64,000 nucleotides of DNA from IMGVR_UViG_3300046653_000093:124001-188000, one strand, 5' to 3'. Positions 19,533-30,737 are shown, counted from the stretch's first letter. Numbers and translations: made by a program. The notes: generated by a model from the sequence alone, not told the origin.

Positions 19533-21545
19533 TTAGACAGTCCTTCCTGCAGCACCTTCGGTGGCCCTTAATACCAACCTTCCAGTAGCAGGATCTGTTG
19601 TATAGAAATAAACGCTTTCAGCATCGAAATATATATTGCTATTCACTGACTTAAATCTCATACTACCCTCAGACACTATATCAATGTTCTGTGGGGTATG
19701 AATCTTTATTCCCTGAGGATCAATTCTAATCGTATGAAAACTTCCAGAGTTCCATACTCGGATGTCAATAGTTCCATCCCTGGCTTCATTATTGAAAGTG
19801 ACTGATGGAAATCTGGAATCATCAACAATGGTTGGGCCGCCAACCTGCATTAAAATATCACCATCCAATGTGGCGGCTAATGAACGATTGAACTTATCCC
19901 GCCCAACTGCTGCCACCATCCCACCAGCACAATCTAACCACAAACTTTGGCGATCTGCGGTATTCGCTCCAATACTCACAGACAACATACCATCCAATGA
20001 TATTGTTCCACTTCGGCCACCAGCATTTGCCCCAGCGCCAGATACTATCAATTTAGAAGACACAACATCTGTAACCGGGGATACAAAGTTTATAAGACTG
20101 TTTTCATAGCCAGCGTTACCAGAGGATGAATAAGGTTTATCTACCTTGTGGAGGAATAATACATTACTTATATCATGAAATCCTGTTCCGAGTTTTATGA
20201 CGCTTCCATCTAGCCTATTTACTGGGGCTGCAAAGTTCTTGAGAGTATCTTCAGTGCTTACGAGAGATACAGCGCCTTTCCCGTGTGGTTCTAGTTGCAA
20301 ATCTGTATTGTTGGTAACATTATACAGAAGCTGACCACGATCCGTCTTATCTATAAACCCTTTGAGATTGGAAAAGTTTTCGTGGCGAACCAACACCGGA
20401 ACATTACCCGTCTCACTTGAGGCTGGAACATTCCATTTGAATTGTCCTTCTTTATCTATATCAAAGAAGAACCTGCTACGATTACGAGCATAATCACTTA
20501 CATCTGAATAATTAGGCAAATCCAATCCAGGTTTTCTGGCATTGAGTTCGAAGTGATAAGCTATACTCTTTCGAAGTTGCGTTAGCAGGTTTGTAAATGC
20601 TACATTTTGATCATCTGAAGATTTCCTAAATGACAATGAATCAACAATACCACTTGGAAGTATGCTTCTATTGATATCTAGAATGTTTCCATAGATGTCA
20701 ACAACTGTTCCAACAATTACTTCTGCTAAATAGTTTGGCTGATCCAAACTCAAACTCATCGTATCAGTACGGCTTCTCTTTCGTTGGAATGGTAATGGTT
20801 GAGAAAGATCTTGACCGGCATAAATCCTCTCTTCCGCTTCATCGTATGTATATCCAAAGCTATCGATGAATTCATAGTACATTTTCCTGCTTTCCGTTAG
20901 CGCTGGGTTTCGATTAGCCACAGCAGAAACGGATGGGAATGTACTTGGATCAAGACCAATTGGCGTGAGAGAGTTGTTGTATGTATGATCTGTTAGAGAT
21001 GAGCCTGTGACATTTCTTGTACTATCAGAATCTATATCTCGAAGAACTGTACCAGTTACTTCACGGTGTGCTTCTGTAAAGTGCATCTCATTAGCAAACC
21101 TAGAGCTCCATATGTCAAGCATCGAATCTGCTTGAGTAAATGATGTTGAATCTCCTTGGACAACACCATCTTGTGGATCTACAATTAGACCAACATCATT
21201 TTGTACCAACGTAAGCCAACGTCCTGGACGAAACTTGGTTGTTGAAATACGACGAATACCATCAGAATCATATAAGCTGGTTGAGTCTGGTTGATCATAG
21301 CTAACGAATATCCATTCGTTGCCTTGTCCCATAACCACAAAAATGTTTGTTCCCTTTGCTGGATAACCACAGGAAACCTCTCCTCTAGCACCCATCCATC
21401 CAACTGGAAGTTTTATGGGTTGCAAAGTTGGAGAAGAAGCCAATGGCAATTTAACCATCGCAACTTTTCTTTGAATATCAAAACTTTGAATCACTCCACG
21501 AATAGGAATTCCGGGAATTGATCCGATACGAGTGTTAGTTCCCAT
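19533..21545 (-). CDS. Baseplate central spike, gp5/gpV-like
   Basis: N-terminal OB-fold-like (RGVIQSFD...GYPAKGTNIFVV); C-terminal beta-strand repeats (TIRIDPQGIKIHTPQNIDIVSEGSMRF); follows the hub gene. Confidence 0.7.
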   Translation of the reverse strand: MGTNTRIGSIPGIPIRGVIQSFDIQRKVAMVKLPLASSPTLQPIKLPVGWMGARGEVSCGYPAKGTNIFVVMGQGNEWIFVSYDQPDSTSLYDSDGIRRISTTKFRPGRWLTLVQNDVGLIVDPQDGVVQGDSTSFTQADSMLDIWSSRFANEMHFTEAHREVTGTVLRDIDSDSTRNVTGSSLTDHTYNNSLTPIGLDPSTFPSVSAVANRNPALTESRKMYYEFIDSFGYTYDEAEERIYAGQDLSQPLPFQRKRSRTDTMSLSLDQPNYLAEVIVGTVVDIYGNILDINRSILPSGIVDSLSFRKSSDDQNVAFTNLLTQLRKSIAYHFELNARKPGLDLPNYSDVSDYARNRSRFFFDIDKEGQFKWNVPASSETGNVPVLVRHENFSNLKGFIDKTDRGQLLYNVTNNTDLQLEPHGKGAVSLVSTEDTLKNFAAPVNRLDGSVIKLGTGFHDISNVLFLHKVDKPYSSSGNAGYENSLINFVSPVTDVVSSKLIVSGAGANAGGRSGTISLDGMLSVSIGANTADRQSLWLDCAGGMVAAVGRDKFNRSLAATLDGDILMQVGGPTIVDDSRFPSVTFNNEARDGTIDIRVWNSGSFHTIRIDPQGIKIHTPQNIDIVSEGSMRFKSVNSNIYFDAESVYFYTTDPATGRLVLRATEGAAGRTV

Positions 21546-24500
21546 TATCCACCCCCAGCTGCATTACGAGCAGCTCCAGCGGCAGCAGCCGCAGTAGCAG
21601 CACTTGCCGAACTAGAAGAACTTTGAACGGCACCAGCTGCACCACCAGCTCCCGCCCCAGCGCCAGAACTTGCAGCACCAGCAGCGCGAGCTATCGCAAC
21701 CGAATCGTTAGACAAAACTGGTATCGGTTTTGAATCTATAAAAACATCAATGACTGTATTGGCTAAAAACAAACTAAAATTCTCTGGTGATAATGTTGAG
21801 ACGCTACATGTTCTTGCAGCATAAATAGCCGCAGATGATGGTCCTTGAGTATTGGCAACAGGATCCGCTCCAGTATCAGGAAATACCTGAACTCTAGTTT
21901 GATTAGCAGGATCTGTAAAATCTACTTGTTCAATTACAATATCGCTAGCGTTGAGTCCAAATGGCTTTGTCTTACCACTACTGCCAGTATTAAATTTCAA
22001 AGGACTCAATCCGCTAGATGTGTCACCCTCTGGCGAGATAAGCCAATCCTTAACTGTGGTTGCAAATGTAAGCATATCACTATCAAATGAATTACCTGTT
22101 ATATAATAAACTATCTTAACAAAAGGCTTTTGATTTTGGAAAGCTTGTTGGTTTAGACTTCCACTAACATAAAGTAGAATATTACCTAAAATATTCTTGT
22201 TTCGTTCACCATAACGTCCACTAAGTAAAACCTCCAAAGGATCTGAGTCTGGTGGCAATCTAGTATCATTGCCTTGAGGGGTTTGATATGTTGATATCGA
22301 AGAGACGAATGTAAGCGCCCCAAGTGATTTAGCAGACCCTAACATCTCAAATCTTTCACTGCGGTATTGATCGAAAAACCCCTTGGAACTATACAAAACC
22401 TTACCAACGATATCCAACATTGTAGGAATATACTCTCCCGGGCTATGACCATAATTAAGCTCAAGAGTTGTTGATAGATTTCCATATGAAAATGAATGAC
22501 TTACAGATTTTACATAGAAGAGCAGATTTCTATCCTCAATATAAACAACATCTCCCGGCTGATAATATTCATTATAGCCAACAATTCCAACGCTACCCTG
22601 CAGAATATTCTCACGAGCTTCTAGTAAAGCAGCAACGGCAAATGGAGCACATTGAATGTTTGGATCATTAAAGAATGGTGCTTCTATAGATTTCGGCGCT
22701 CGGAATCCATATTGATACCACATATCATAATCAACGGCATAGGCAGAGGTTACCGCATTACCATCATTGGAAGTCTGCAATCCTCCAGGGGGATCTATAA
22801 AACCTTGCCCAAACAAACCATTTACAGATACCATCGTGAATGGTGGTGGGTTTTCAGAAATTGTTAGGCTAACAATTCTATCGGCAGTAAGTATGAATCT
22901 CCGACCAGAGCCAGGGCCCAGGTCATCCTCATCTTCATACTCAATCATATGTTCTAGTATTTGAGGAATTTGAGTTTTACGATTTAGGAAAGGAGCAACA
23001 ACCGCATTAACAACCTGATCGTTCGAATTATTTGCCCCAAGGTCTGGCACAGCATTTACACTAATGCCCTCTTCCAAATTCTTAATGGCCCCCAAAGCTG
23101 ACTTTAGTAACGATTGGCGCTGTGAAACAAACTGAGCTATTTGGGTTATTAGAGCAAGTTTACTGGTTTGACTTCTCTGCCCAATGCGCGAAAATTGAGG
23201 ATCGGAAAATAATTGATCAAGCGTTGGTGGCTCTGTACCAGTCGCAATTTTAATCCTATTACGAATTACTTCTAATGTACTAGTCTGCAAATCAGGGCTT
23301 GGATTGAGCTGAGTAAAGAAAGCACTTACTTGGGTACTGGCCGTAAACTGTTTAGAATTCTTTACTTGAGTAGAGATTCTCTGTTGATAGCTAGATAAAG
23401 ATATAAGTAATGAATGAGTTGGATCCTGATCTTCTGGGTTTGATTGCTGAGAGAATTGTAATAGGTTGGTTCCAGTACCTGTATTCGTCAGGAAGTTGAA
23501 ACTTCCACCATTGGTCGAGTTTCCATTAATTAGGCTAACCATATCTTGATCCGTCAACGCTCCAAGTGCTATTGCGCGCAAACGAATATTATCTTCAACG
23601 ACTTCAATTTGAGTCAACGTATCTTTCACCTGGTTGAAATATAGACTCTCCAAAAAGTCAGGAAAAACCTTGACGCCATTAGAGTCACGGTCTTTGAACA
23701 TCTTGTAAAATACAGAGCTGGGAACTTTATTATAACCCGGTGGTCTTGTTATGATATGGCCCTGACTATTAGCGAAACATTCTAAGCTCAATAGTTTTTT
23801 AACCTGACCAATTTGTTCACCAATATTGGAGTATTGGCTATTGAATAAATCTATCTTGTTGCCAATTTTTCTCTCAAAGGCCATGATGTCAAAGTTCTTA
23901 TCATACTGATCATCTACAATGAATAGATTCTTGTCCTGATTGGCTCTAACTTGCCAAAACCTACGAGCCGTCATTGCAAACAATCTCTGTCGTAATTGTA
24001 GAGCGTCCCTTTGTTTCTGAGATTGATTTTGGCCTGGATTAGAATCTGTGGCCAAAGGATCTGCATTTACATCATTACCAATAACCGTAATACCCACATC
24101 TGGATTATTTACCGAGATGGTATTCATAAAGTTAGTTTGAGCAGTTTGAATATTTGCTTTCAAAGCTTGAATTTTCTGAGCAAACACAACGCTATCTACA
24201 GAAGATGGCACTTTCGCACCTTGGAACATATCATTCTGCTGATACAAAAGTAACTGGTCTTGTGTACGCGCCAGCTCATTCAATTGTTGAGTAAGATTTG
24301 AATTTTGCGTTGTGATATCCAGGCGTTGTTGAGCTATAAATTGTTCAGCTGCCTCATTGATAACCAATTGCTTGTGAGGCACAAAATTTCCCCAAACCAG
24401 ATTGTTTCTCTCAATCTCGGCAAGTAAGCCTTGAATATATGTTGATGCCGCTGGAAGATTGTTCAAGCCATCACGAGCCCCTAATGAATTTCCATTTTCG

Positions 24501-26671
24501 ATTGCGGCCTTCAAGAAGGTATCATAGTTATATGGAACGCCAGTTATCAAAAGAGATATAACATTCATTACATCTTGGCCAGCAAATGGCTTAGCTGTCA
24601 ATAAAATTGCTCTTTCATGTTCGGTATTTGATAGGCGATTTGGACGTTGAGTGAATGTTAATGATTGGATTCCCTGCTTCCAGCGATATACTAATCCTTC
24701 TGGATCGTGTAATACACTACGCCATGAGTCAAAAGAAATCTCCTTTGGAGCATGTGTATATAAAGTTTCTGTTGCTTGGTTTCCTTTGTTCGGTCCGCTT
24801 CTAAAAATAAGCATTCCGCTTTGAAGCAAATCCTTATTTTCCTTCAATAAAGGAGGAATATTTCCGTTTGATGGATTTGTAATTGCAGCTCCAGTAGCGG
24901 CATCAAAGCTTACATCAAATGGAGTTAGAGGATCATAAATAGACGCATTGAACACATCAGAGGATGGCTTGAAATTAACCATGCTCTTATCAAAATATCC
25001 CGTATGATCTTCGCAAGTAAAGTTGATGTTCCACTTACCATCGCTCCAATTACCAGTAACACCCTGACCTCCCTTACCGACAAGACCAGAGAAAATACAA
25101 GGTCCAGTAGGTTGATTGGTGATATCTTGCCTGAACATGCGCCATAACCAACTCGGCATATCAGGACCAACTACGCTAAGCCTTTCAAGATCGTCATAGG
25201 AAGCTCCAACTGGAGCCGACATTGAATTTATCGAACTGTTTATGTTCTTGATAATAGTATCAAATTTTTGAGTAATACTAATACCCAATTCATTTTGTTG
25301 CTTCTTGAAACCTCCGGGCATCCTGGCATCTTCATCAGTCCTGCTTGTCATCCAAATCGTAATCGTATCCATTGGCTGGATGATATATTTGCCATTAAAG
25401 AACAAACGCATTCGGTTGCGCGCATAGTTTGTTTTCAGATTACGAGTCTTCATCTCACGCTGAGAGGTTTCGTGTTGGCTCAATTGTGTAAATATATCAG
25501 AAATGATCTGTTCAAACTTCTTACGCTCAGACGCTGTTAATTGATTATTTTGGCTGATATTTCCACTAGGATTTCCGGCCAAAAATTGTGGTTCAATAGT
25601 AACACTTCCAGTTGAAAATACATTAGCGGCAGACGAAAATACTTGACTGATATTTTTAGCGTTACCAATAGAAGATAAAAAGTTGTTTATTCCAGTAGAA
25701 TATGTGAATAAAATCTCTGTTCCTTCATCATCTATGATTGCCCTAACGCGCTTTGATAGCACAGTGCCTGGGCTTATCTTGAATGTAATCTGACTGGCTA
25801 GACGACCCTGTCTTTCAAGGGCAAGATCTGATTTGAATTTATCAATCGTCTTCTGAAGCTCATTTTCAACAAATACATAATAGCTTCCTGTCCTCATCGG
25901 ATTGGTAACATCTGTAATTGCTTGATCGATATCAGCTTCGGTAATGGTTAGTAAATTATAGGGGTCTTCAAGAGTAAGGCTAGCTTGACCACCACCCCAC
26001 TCTGTAGAGACTGTGGTTTTGATTGAGGTAATATTAGTTAGCTCAAATGTTCCAGGCCCCTCTCCGACATCCTTCCCAAAGACGGCATCATAATCATTAG
26101 TAGTCCAATTACTAAATGCTCCTGGCTCAGAATATGAGATAACCTTTCGCAGCGTATCAATAGCTGCTTTTGTGGATGGGCTAAGCCCATTTGATCCTAA
26201 TGCAGTAAACAGATCATTACTAGAATCTATCAAGTCTAATAATGCTGGTGCTAAAAATGTGTTGAATCTTCCAGAATCAAATGTAAGCTGTTCAATCTTT
26301 GTTAGCTTTTCATATGCCGCTAAAATACGGCACTTATTCTGGAACAATCTTTTTGTTGCAGCTATTAATACTCTCTCTTTTTCTTCTAAGACATCTAGTT
26401 TTGAGTTATCTACCAAAGTAGAAAACATTCTCTTTTTAATTACTACATAAAAATCTGGCTGTTGAAATAGAACAGATCTTCTACGAGGCCTTATATCTCT
26501 AATAAATCCATCTTCGATATAAGTGCGCTCAGCAGACTTATCGAATTTATTAGCATAATCACCTAAACGGCTGTAGGCACCACCAGATACCGTATCCAAT
26601 GAATGAGAGGTATTTTCGCCAATTCCAAATTGATCATTAATAATACCGCCAAGGGAAGCTAAAAAACTCAT
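21545..26671 (-). CDS. Baseplate hub protein (gp27/gpD-like) with large insertions
   Basis: GQASLTLEDP, IQPMDTITIW, IFSGLV, FTCED, ECFANSQGHIITRPP, QPGDVVYI...FYVKSVSHSFSYGNLSTTLELNYG; Ala/Gly-rich C-tail. Confidence 0.75.
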   Translation of the reverse strand: MSFLASLGGIINDQFGIGENTSHSLDTVSGGAYSRLGDYANKFDKSAERTYIEDGFIRDIRPRRRSVLFQQPDFYVVIKKRMFSTLVDNSKLDVLEEKERVLIAATKRLFQNKCRILAAYEKLTKIEQLTFDSGRFNTFLAPALLDLIDSSNDLFTALGSNGLSPSTKAAIDTLRKVISYSEPGAFSNWTTNDYDAVFGKDVGEGPGTFELTNITSIKTTVSTEWGGGQASLTLEDPYNLLTITEADIDQAITDVTNPMRTGSYYVFVENELQKTIDKFKSDLALERQGRLASQITFKISPGTVLSKRVRAIIDDEGTEILFTYSTGINNFLSSIGNAKNISQVFSSAANVFSTGSVTIEPQFLAGNPSGNISQNNQLTASERKKFEQIISDIFTQLSQHETSQREMKTRNLKTNYARNRMRLFFNGKYIIQPMDTITIWMTSRTDEDARMPGGFKKQQNELGISITQKFDTIIKNINSSINSMSAPVGASYDDLERLSVVGPDMPSWLWRMFRQDITNQPTGPCIFSGLVGKGGQGVTGNWSDGKWNINFTCEDHTGYFDKSMVNFKPSSDVFNASIYDPLTPFDVSFDAATGAAITNPSNGNIPPLLKENKDLLQSGMLIFRSGPNKGNQATETLYTHAPKEISFDSWRSVLHDPEGLVYRWKQGIQSLTFTQRPNRLSNTEHERAILLTAKPFAGQDVMNVISLLITGVPYNYDTFLKAAIENGNSLGARDGLNNLPAASTYIQGLLAEIERNNLVWGNFVPHKQLVINEAAEQFIAQQRLDITTQNSNLTQQLNELARTQDQLLLYQQNDMFQGAKVPSSVDSVVFAQKIQALKANIQTAQTNFMNTISVNNPDVGITVIGNDVNADPLATDSNPGQNQSQKQRDALQLRQRLFAMTARRFWQVRANQDKNLFIVDDQYDKNFDIMAFERKIGNKIDLFNSQYSNIGEQIGQVKKLLSLECFANSQGHIITRPPGYNKVPSSVFYKMFKDRDSNGVKVFPDFLESLYFNQVKDTLTQIEVVEDNIRLRAIALGALTDQDMVSLINGNSTNGGSFNFLTNTGTGTNLLQFSQQSNPEDQDPTHSLLISLSSYQQRISTQVKNSKQFTASTQVSAFFTQLNPSPDLQTSTLEVIRNRIKIATGTEPPTLDQLFSDPQFSRIGQRSQTSKLALITQIAQFVSQRQSLLKSALGAIKNLEEGISVNAVPDLGANNSNDQVVNAVVAPFLNRKTQIPQILEHMIEYEDEDDLGPGSGRRFILTADRIVSLTISENPPPFTMVSVNGLFGQGFIDPPGGLQTSNDGNAVTSAYAVDYDMWYQYGFRAPKSIEAPFFNDPNIQCAPFAVAALLEARENILQGSVGIVGYNEYYQPGDVVYIEDRNLLFYVKSVSHSFSYGNLSTTLELNYGHSPGEYIPTMLDIVGKVLYSSKGFFDQYRSERFEMLGSAKSLGALTFVSSISTYQTPQGNDTRLPPDSDPLEVLLSGRYGERNKNILGNILLYVSGSLNQQAFQNQKPFVKIVYYITGNSFDSDMLTFATTVKDWLISPEGDTSSGLSPLKFNTGSSGKTKPFGLNASDIVIEQVDFTDPANQTRVQVFPDTGADPVANTQGPSSAAIYAARTCSVSTLSPENFSLFLANTVIDVFIDSKPIPVLSNDSVAIARAAGAASSGAGAGAGGAAGAVQSSSSSASAATAAAAAGAARNAAGGG

Positions 26672-26684
26672 AAATTACCATATA

Positions 26685-27641
26685 TCACAGTGGACGAGAA
26701 CTCTGCAAAGCGCTGTCAAGAGAGCGTATCGAAGTGGTGAAGATTGCCTGTTGAGAAGGGCTAACACTTCTCTTTGGAGTTTGGGACATCAGTGTTGAAA
26801 AAGAATAAGGGGTACCAAACGATGGATCTGAATTAGATGGGCCATTAACAGCGCTGCGATGCCAAGGCATGAAATTCAAACGAAGACCTCGCTTCTGCGT
26901 TACCGTAAACTCCAAGGTATAATCAAATTGCCCAAGCTTATCAGCTGATTCATTGACTGTCATCGAAGTGAAATAACCTCGGAATACCCAGCCCGACCAA
27001 TACATCTCAGTTTGAAAGGCAATAGACGCTAATGTTGGGCGTGGCTGCAAAGGATCTACATTTCCAGTTTTGATAACATTATTTACCTGACTGAACAGCG
27101 AATTAACACCAGATCCAACAGCGTTTCCGATTCCACCGAGTAATGTTCCAGATCCTTTGATACCACTAAACACGCCGTTACTCAAAGATGCTTGGTCTTT
27201 AGCAGCCTCTGCAGCTAGAGCTATAGGATCAAATGCAACTTGTTCGTTGCGATAGATATCATAGATAACATTGATACCTTCTACGCCAGAAGAACCAGTT
27301 GTTCCAGAGATTGAAACCTTACCAAGTTCTTCTCCCCAATATTGAACCATGTATCCACCACGAGTTCTAATTGGTGCACCAATATGTTTTGTATCTGTAT
27401 ATTTGATACTTTGTGGATTGATATACATCTCCACGATACCAAGCTCTGGCAAAAACCAACGAACCATATTCCTGGTAGCATTGGCTAGACGATAGTTTGG
27501 AATTTGAGCTTGACGAATTTGGCTTCCACTCGGAGACGGAAGAGAAGCTAAACTGGGATCCGCAGAATTTCCGGCCACTGCACCTTGAGCTGTATGAAAT
27601 GATTGGGAAGCTAGATCTGTAATTGAATCCAATATAGACAT
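26685..27641 (-). CDS. Tail tube initiator (gp48/gp54-like)
   Basis: MYINPQSI...RTRGGY..QYWGEELGKVSISGTTG and FRGYFTSMTVNESA...FDYTLEFTV; lies between tape measure and hub. Confidence 0.75.
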   Translation of the reverse strand: MSILDSITDLASQSFHTAQGAVAGNSADPSLASLPSPSGSQIRQAQIPNYRLANATRNMVRWFLPELGIVEMYINPQSIKYTDTKHIGAPIRTRGGYMVQYWGEELGKVSISGTTGSSGVEGINVIYDIYRNEQVAFDPIALAAEAAKDQASLSNGVFSGIKGSGTLLGGIGNAVGSGVNSLFSQVNNVIKTGNVDPLQPRPTLASIAFQTEMYWSGWVFRGYFTSMTVNESADKLGQFDYTLEFTVTQKRGLRLNFMPWHRSAVNGPSNSDPSFGTPYSFSTLMSQTPKRSVSPSQQAIFTTSIRSLDSALQSSRPL

Positions 27642-27642
27642 T

Positions 27643-29715
27643 TTATCTCCTTCCGGTTGCTCGCTGTCTATTCAGCGCCTCATCTTCTTGTTGTATTTGA
27701 ACCTTAATCATTTCATTGAATACCTTATGGTCTCCTAAATCAATAGCTAGGTTTACATTCATATCCTTAAAACTATGCTCAACACCTGAGGGGTTTGTTG
27801 TTGCATTATCGCCAAGCGTTGGTACTGTCGGCAACGTTATCTTGTGTACATCTGGGAGAGATGGAAGACCAAGATCTGACCGATGTCCTGGGGCTATATT
27901 AGAAACTCCGGCTTCTGCCCCTGGAGGTGGCTGATGTATCATTGTATTCTGTGTCGGTGAGGTTGCAGCAGCGTGTTTGCCACCAGATAACATAGAAAAG
28001 AAATCGTTCTTAATGCCTTCTCCAGCCCCAGCCTTTACATTGAAAGCATTCCCCATCATCTCTCCCCAGTCTGGGTTTTGCTGTTGACTGCGTTCTTTAC
28101 CATGGGAAAGCATCTCAACTCCGGCATGCATTGCACCGCCTCTATTATCTCTAATACTAGAAAGCCCCATATTTTCAGCGATTGCTCCTAAGTACTTATC
28201 GACCTCTTTGAACTCAGTATTATAAAACTTATCCTGTCTCAGACGAGCAACTTCCAATGTCTGATGAATTTTCATCATTGTAGTTTGCGTTTGCTCTTGA
28301 AGGCTAGCTCCCTTTCCAAGCTGTCTTTCTAGCGCCAATCCCTTTTCACCTTCAGCGGCACCTGGCTTCAACATATCCATTACACCAGTCTTCATGGCCT
28401 CTAAAATTCTATAAGCTTCCTCATCATTCTTAGCAATACCAGCAACACCAGTTAGATATTGCATTTGCTTATACAACTCTCCAGCAAGAGCCGGATTATC
28501 AACGGCATCTTTCCTGGTAAGAACTGGTCCTCCAAATTGGCTTTGCATTGCCGTCATTGTCTTCTTTACTACCTCATCCATGTGTCCAGTCGCAATAAGC
28601 TCATCAATTTGAAACTTACCAGCCAAGCCACCAGGGCCTCCAGTAGCTCCTGATATAAAGGCCTTCTTGGCTGTATCCATTTTTTCTATACCTTCACCAA
28701 CACTAGTAATTACTTCCTTCATAGCCTCTGGGCTAATCTTACTGTCTGCGAATGCCCTATCAAACGCATTTACAAAATTAGTAGTTGCATTGGTGTTGTC
28801 GCCTAACATCTTGAAGCTACCAGCAATGTTTAATACTGTCTGATTGAAACTCTCCATTCGGAGCTTAGAATCACCAGCTTTGTCGTGCATGTATGCCAGT
28901 GCCTCAGTGGCATCTTTCTCACTAGTGCCAAGGCGCGTATACATATCAGCTACTTGTTTTGCTGCCTCTAGCTCATTCATTTTGGCAGCGGCTGCCATTT
29001 GTGACACTCTTACAGTTTGTTCAGTATCACTCAATGATCCCGGAATTGAAGAAAGGGCTTTATTCAATTCCATTATAGAAGCAACTGTGTGCCCAGTTTC
29101 AGAAGCCGCCTTGATAGACATGTTTACGTAGCCCATATAAGCTTCGCTCATATCTTTGAATCTTTCACCCGATTGATCGGTAACGTCAGCAGCTCGTCCT
29201 TGAGCTAGAGACATACTAATCAATTCTCTTTCCAAGCTAATTACTCGATCTCTCCCTTCCAAAACAGCATTTGAAAAGTTCATTATCTTGGAGTTGCTTC
29301 CGAATATATTATTCAATACTGGCGAAATACTCTTGAAGGCCGTTGTGATTTTTTCTCCAGCTTCTAAGCCAGATTCTCCCAACTTACCCATTCCAGTAAT
29401 GTTTTTATCAATTACCCCAAGCAAATCAAAGGTTCCCTCCATTACCCCAAGCAAATCAAAGGTTCCCTCCTTTACTTTCTGCCCAACAGATGTAAGAGAC
29501 GTAAAACTGCTGAATAAATTTTGAGCGGCTTCTGCTAGCTGATGTATATGATCAGCGCCTTCTTTCCCTACATTTTTGAGTATGTCTGAAAATTTTACTG
29601 TAACTCCAGACAGGCCCTCGAATCTCTTGGCAAATTCACTCACAGCCTCCAAGGTCTTTCCCCCAAGAGCTTCAGCGAACTTTTTTAGATTCTCAAGAGA
29701 AATTGTTTCATCCAT
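27643..29715 (-). CDS. Tape measure protein
   Basis: Ala/Gly/Met-rich helical 690-aa protein after the tube and chaperone genes. Confidence 0.75.
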   Translation of the reverse strand: MDETISLENLKKFAEALGGKTLEAVSEFAKRFEGLSGVTVKFSDILKNVGKEGADHIHQLAEAAQNLFSSFTSLTSVGQKVKEGTFDLLGVMEGTFDLLGVIDKNITGMGKLGESGLEAGEKITTAFKSISPVLNNIFGSNSKIMNFSNAVLEGRDRVISLERELISMSLAQGRAADVTDQSGERFKDMSEAYMGYVNMSIKAASETGHTVASIMELNKALSSIPGSLSDTEQTVRVSQMAAAAKMNELEAAKQVADMYTRLGTSEKDATEALAYMHDKAGDSKLRMESFNQTVLNIAGSFKMLGDNTNATTNFVNAFDRAFADSKISPEAMKEVITSVGEGIEKMDTAKKAFISGATGGPGGLAGKFQIDELIATGHMDEVVKKTMTAMQSQFGGPVLTRKDAVDNPALAGELYKQMQYLTGVAGIAKNDEEAYRILEAMKTGVMDMLKPGAAEGEKGLALERQLGKGASLQEQTQTTMMKIHQTLEVARLRQDKFYNTEFKEVDKYLGAIAENMGLSSIRDNRGGAMHAGVEMLSHGKERSQQQNPDWGEMMGNAFNVKAGAGEGIKNDFFSMLSGGKHAAATSPTQNTMIHQPPPGAEAGVSNIAPGHRSDLGLPSLPDVHKITLPTVPTLGDNATTNPSGVEHSFKDMNVNLAIDLGDHKVFNEMIKVQIQQEDEALNRQRATGRR
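29411..29470. repeat. Exact 30-bp tandem duplication (in frame) in the tape measure gene
   Basis: attaccccaagcaaatcaaaggttccctcc x2, giving EGTFDLLGVM/EGTFDLLGVI. Confidence 0.95.
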
Positions 29716-30060
29716 TAACTAACCACCTTGCGCTTCTTGCGTTTTTTCTTCCCAACTTTATTGGACTCAAGAATTTGTTCACGAACCTTCTTGCTGGTTT
29801 CATCCAAATTCGTGGCCTGCACATTTGGATTCTCCTGACGGATCATTCCTTGAGCCATTTCAAGATTGGAGAAAGATCCAATAAGAATAGCCTGGTTTCT
29901 TAGCTTCTGAGCCTCTAGCTCTTGATCATGAAGCCAACTTTCATATAACCATACCTTTAAATATGCGTTAATATCCTCATAGAAAGGATCATCTGGCAAC
30001 TTATGAAACAATTTCATTAGATATCTAATGAATTGATGCTCAGGTGTCCTGACCACTTTT
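29715..30060 (-). CDS. Tail assembly chaperone, downstream (T) portion, probably reached by frameshift
   Basis: Overlaps the 3' end of 30040..30699 in the +1 frame; no obvious RBS; classic G/GT position between tube and tape measure. Confidence 0.6.
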
Positions 30061-30699
30061 GGAGATGGTTTCCGCCACCTCCTTCGCCTCTTCAACGGTC
30101 TTTGGAATATAACCGTCATAGGTTTCTTGAGTTAAGGCTTCATAGTTGTTGAATAAATGGCTTATAAGCGCATGATCCATTTCATCAATCAGATCTTTAC
30201 GAGCTAGTACTTGCTCCTCATATGGAGAATTAGATGTACCAAGAATAATATCTATTGATTGATTATCTATCAAAAACAAAGAGTGCGACAGTGCTTCAAC
30301 CCTAATTTTTGATAGGCTTGTTGGCGCGAATATCAATCGACCTTCCGAAGTTGTCAAACGCTCTGATTGTTCAACGACCTGAGCTAAGCAATTCTGCTCA
30401 AACGTCTTGAGCGTTCTCAAGCTGAAAACAACTGTGCCATTAGATGTGTCGATAGGAACATCTCTAGTCTTTCTCCCAAGTCCAGTAATAATATCTATAC
30501 GACGCCTGGCATCACCAAGACTCTTATTATCAATCTGTTCCTGATGCTCCTGGGCCTGCCTGCGTAATGTGCTGGCTAGCTCTGGAGTCATCTGAGCTGG
30601 TGGCGGCACTTGAGTTTCTTTGTCGTTTGAAACTACAAACCGCCTCTGTCCCGTTCCAGCGAAATTACTCTCACCAATTGTGCTGCTAATTCTACTCAT
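30040..30699 (-). CDS. Tail assembly chaperone (G-like)
   Basis: Position after the tube; FSLRTLKTFEQ and LISHLFNNYEAL patterns; AGGAG RBS. Confidence 0.7.
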   Translation of the reverse strand: MSRISSTIGESNFAGTGQRRFVVSNDKETQVPPPAQMTPELASTLRRQAQEHQEQIDNKSLGDARRRIDIITGLGRKTRDVPIDTSNGTVVFSLRTLKTFEQNCLAQVVEQSERLTTSEGRLIFAPTSLSKIRVEALSHSLFLIDNQSIDIILGTSNSPYEEQVLARKDLIDEMDHALISHLFNNYEALTQETYDGYIPKTVEEAKEVAETISKSGQDT

Positions 30700-30737
30700 A
30701 GATCACTCCTGTACAGCACTATATATCAGGAATTTGA

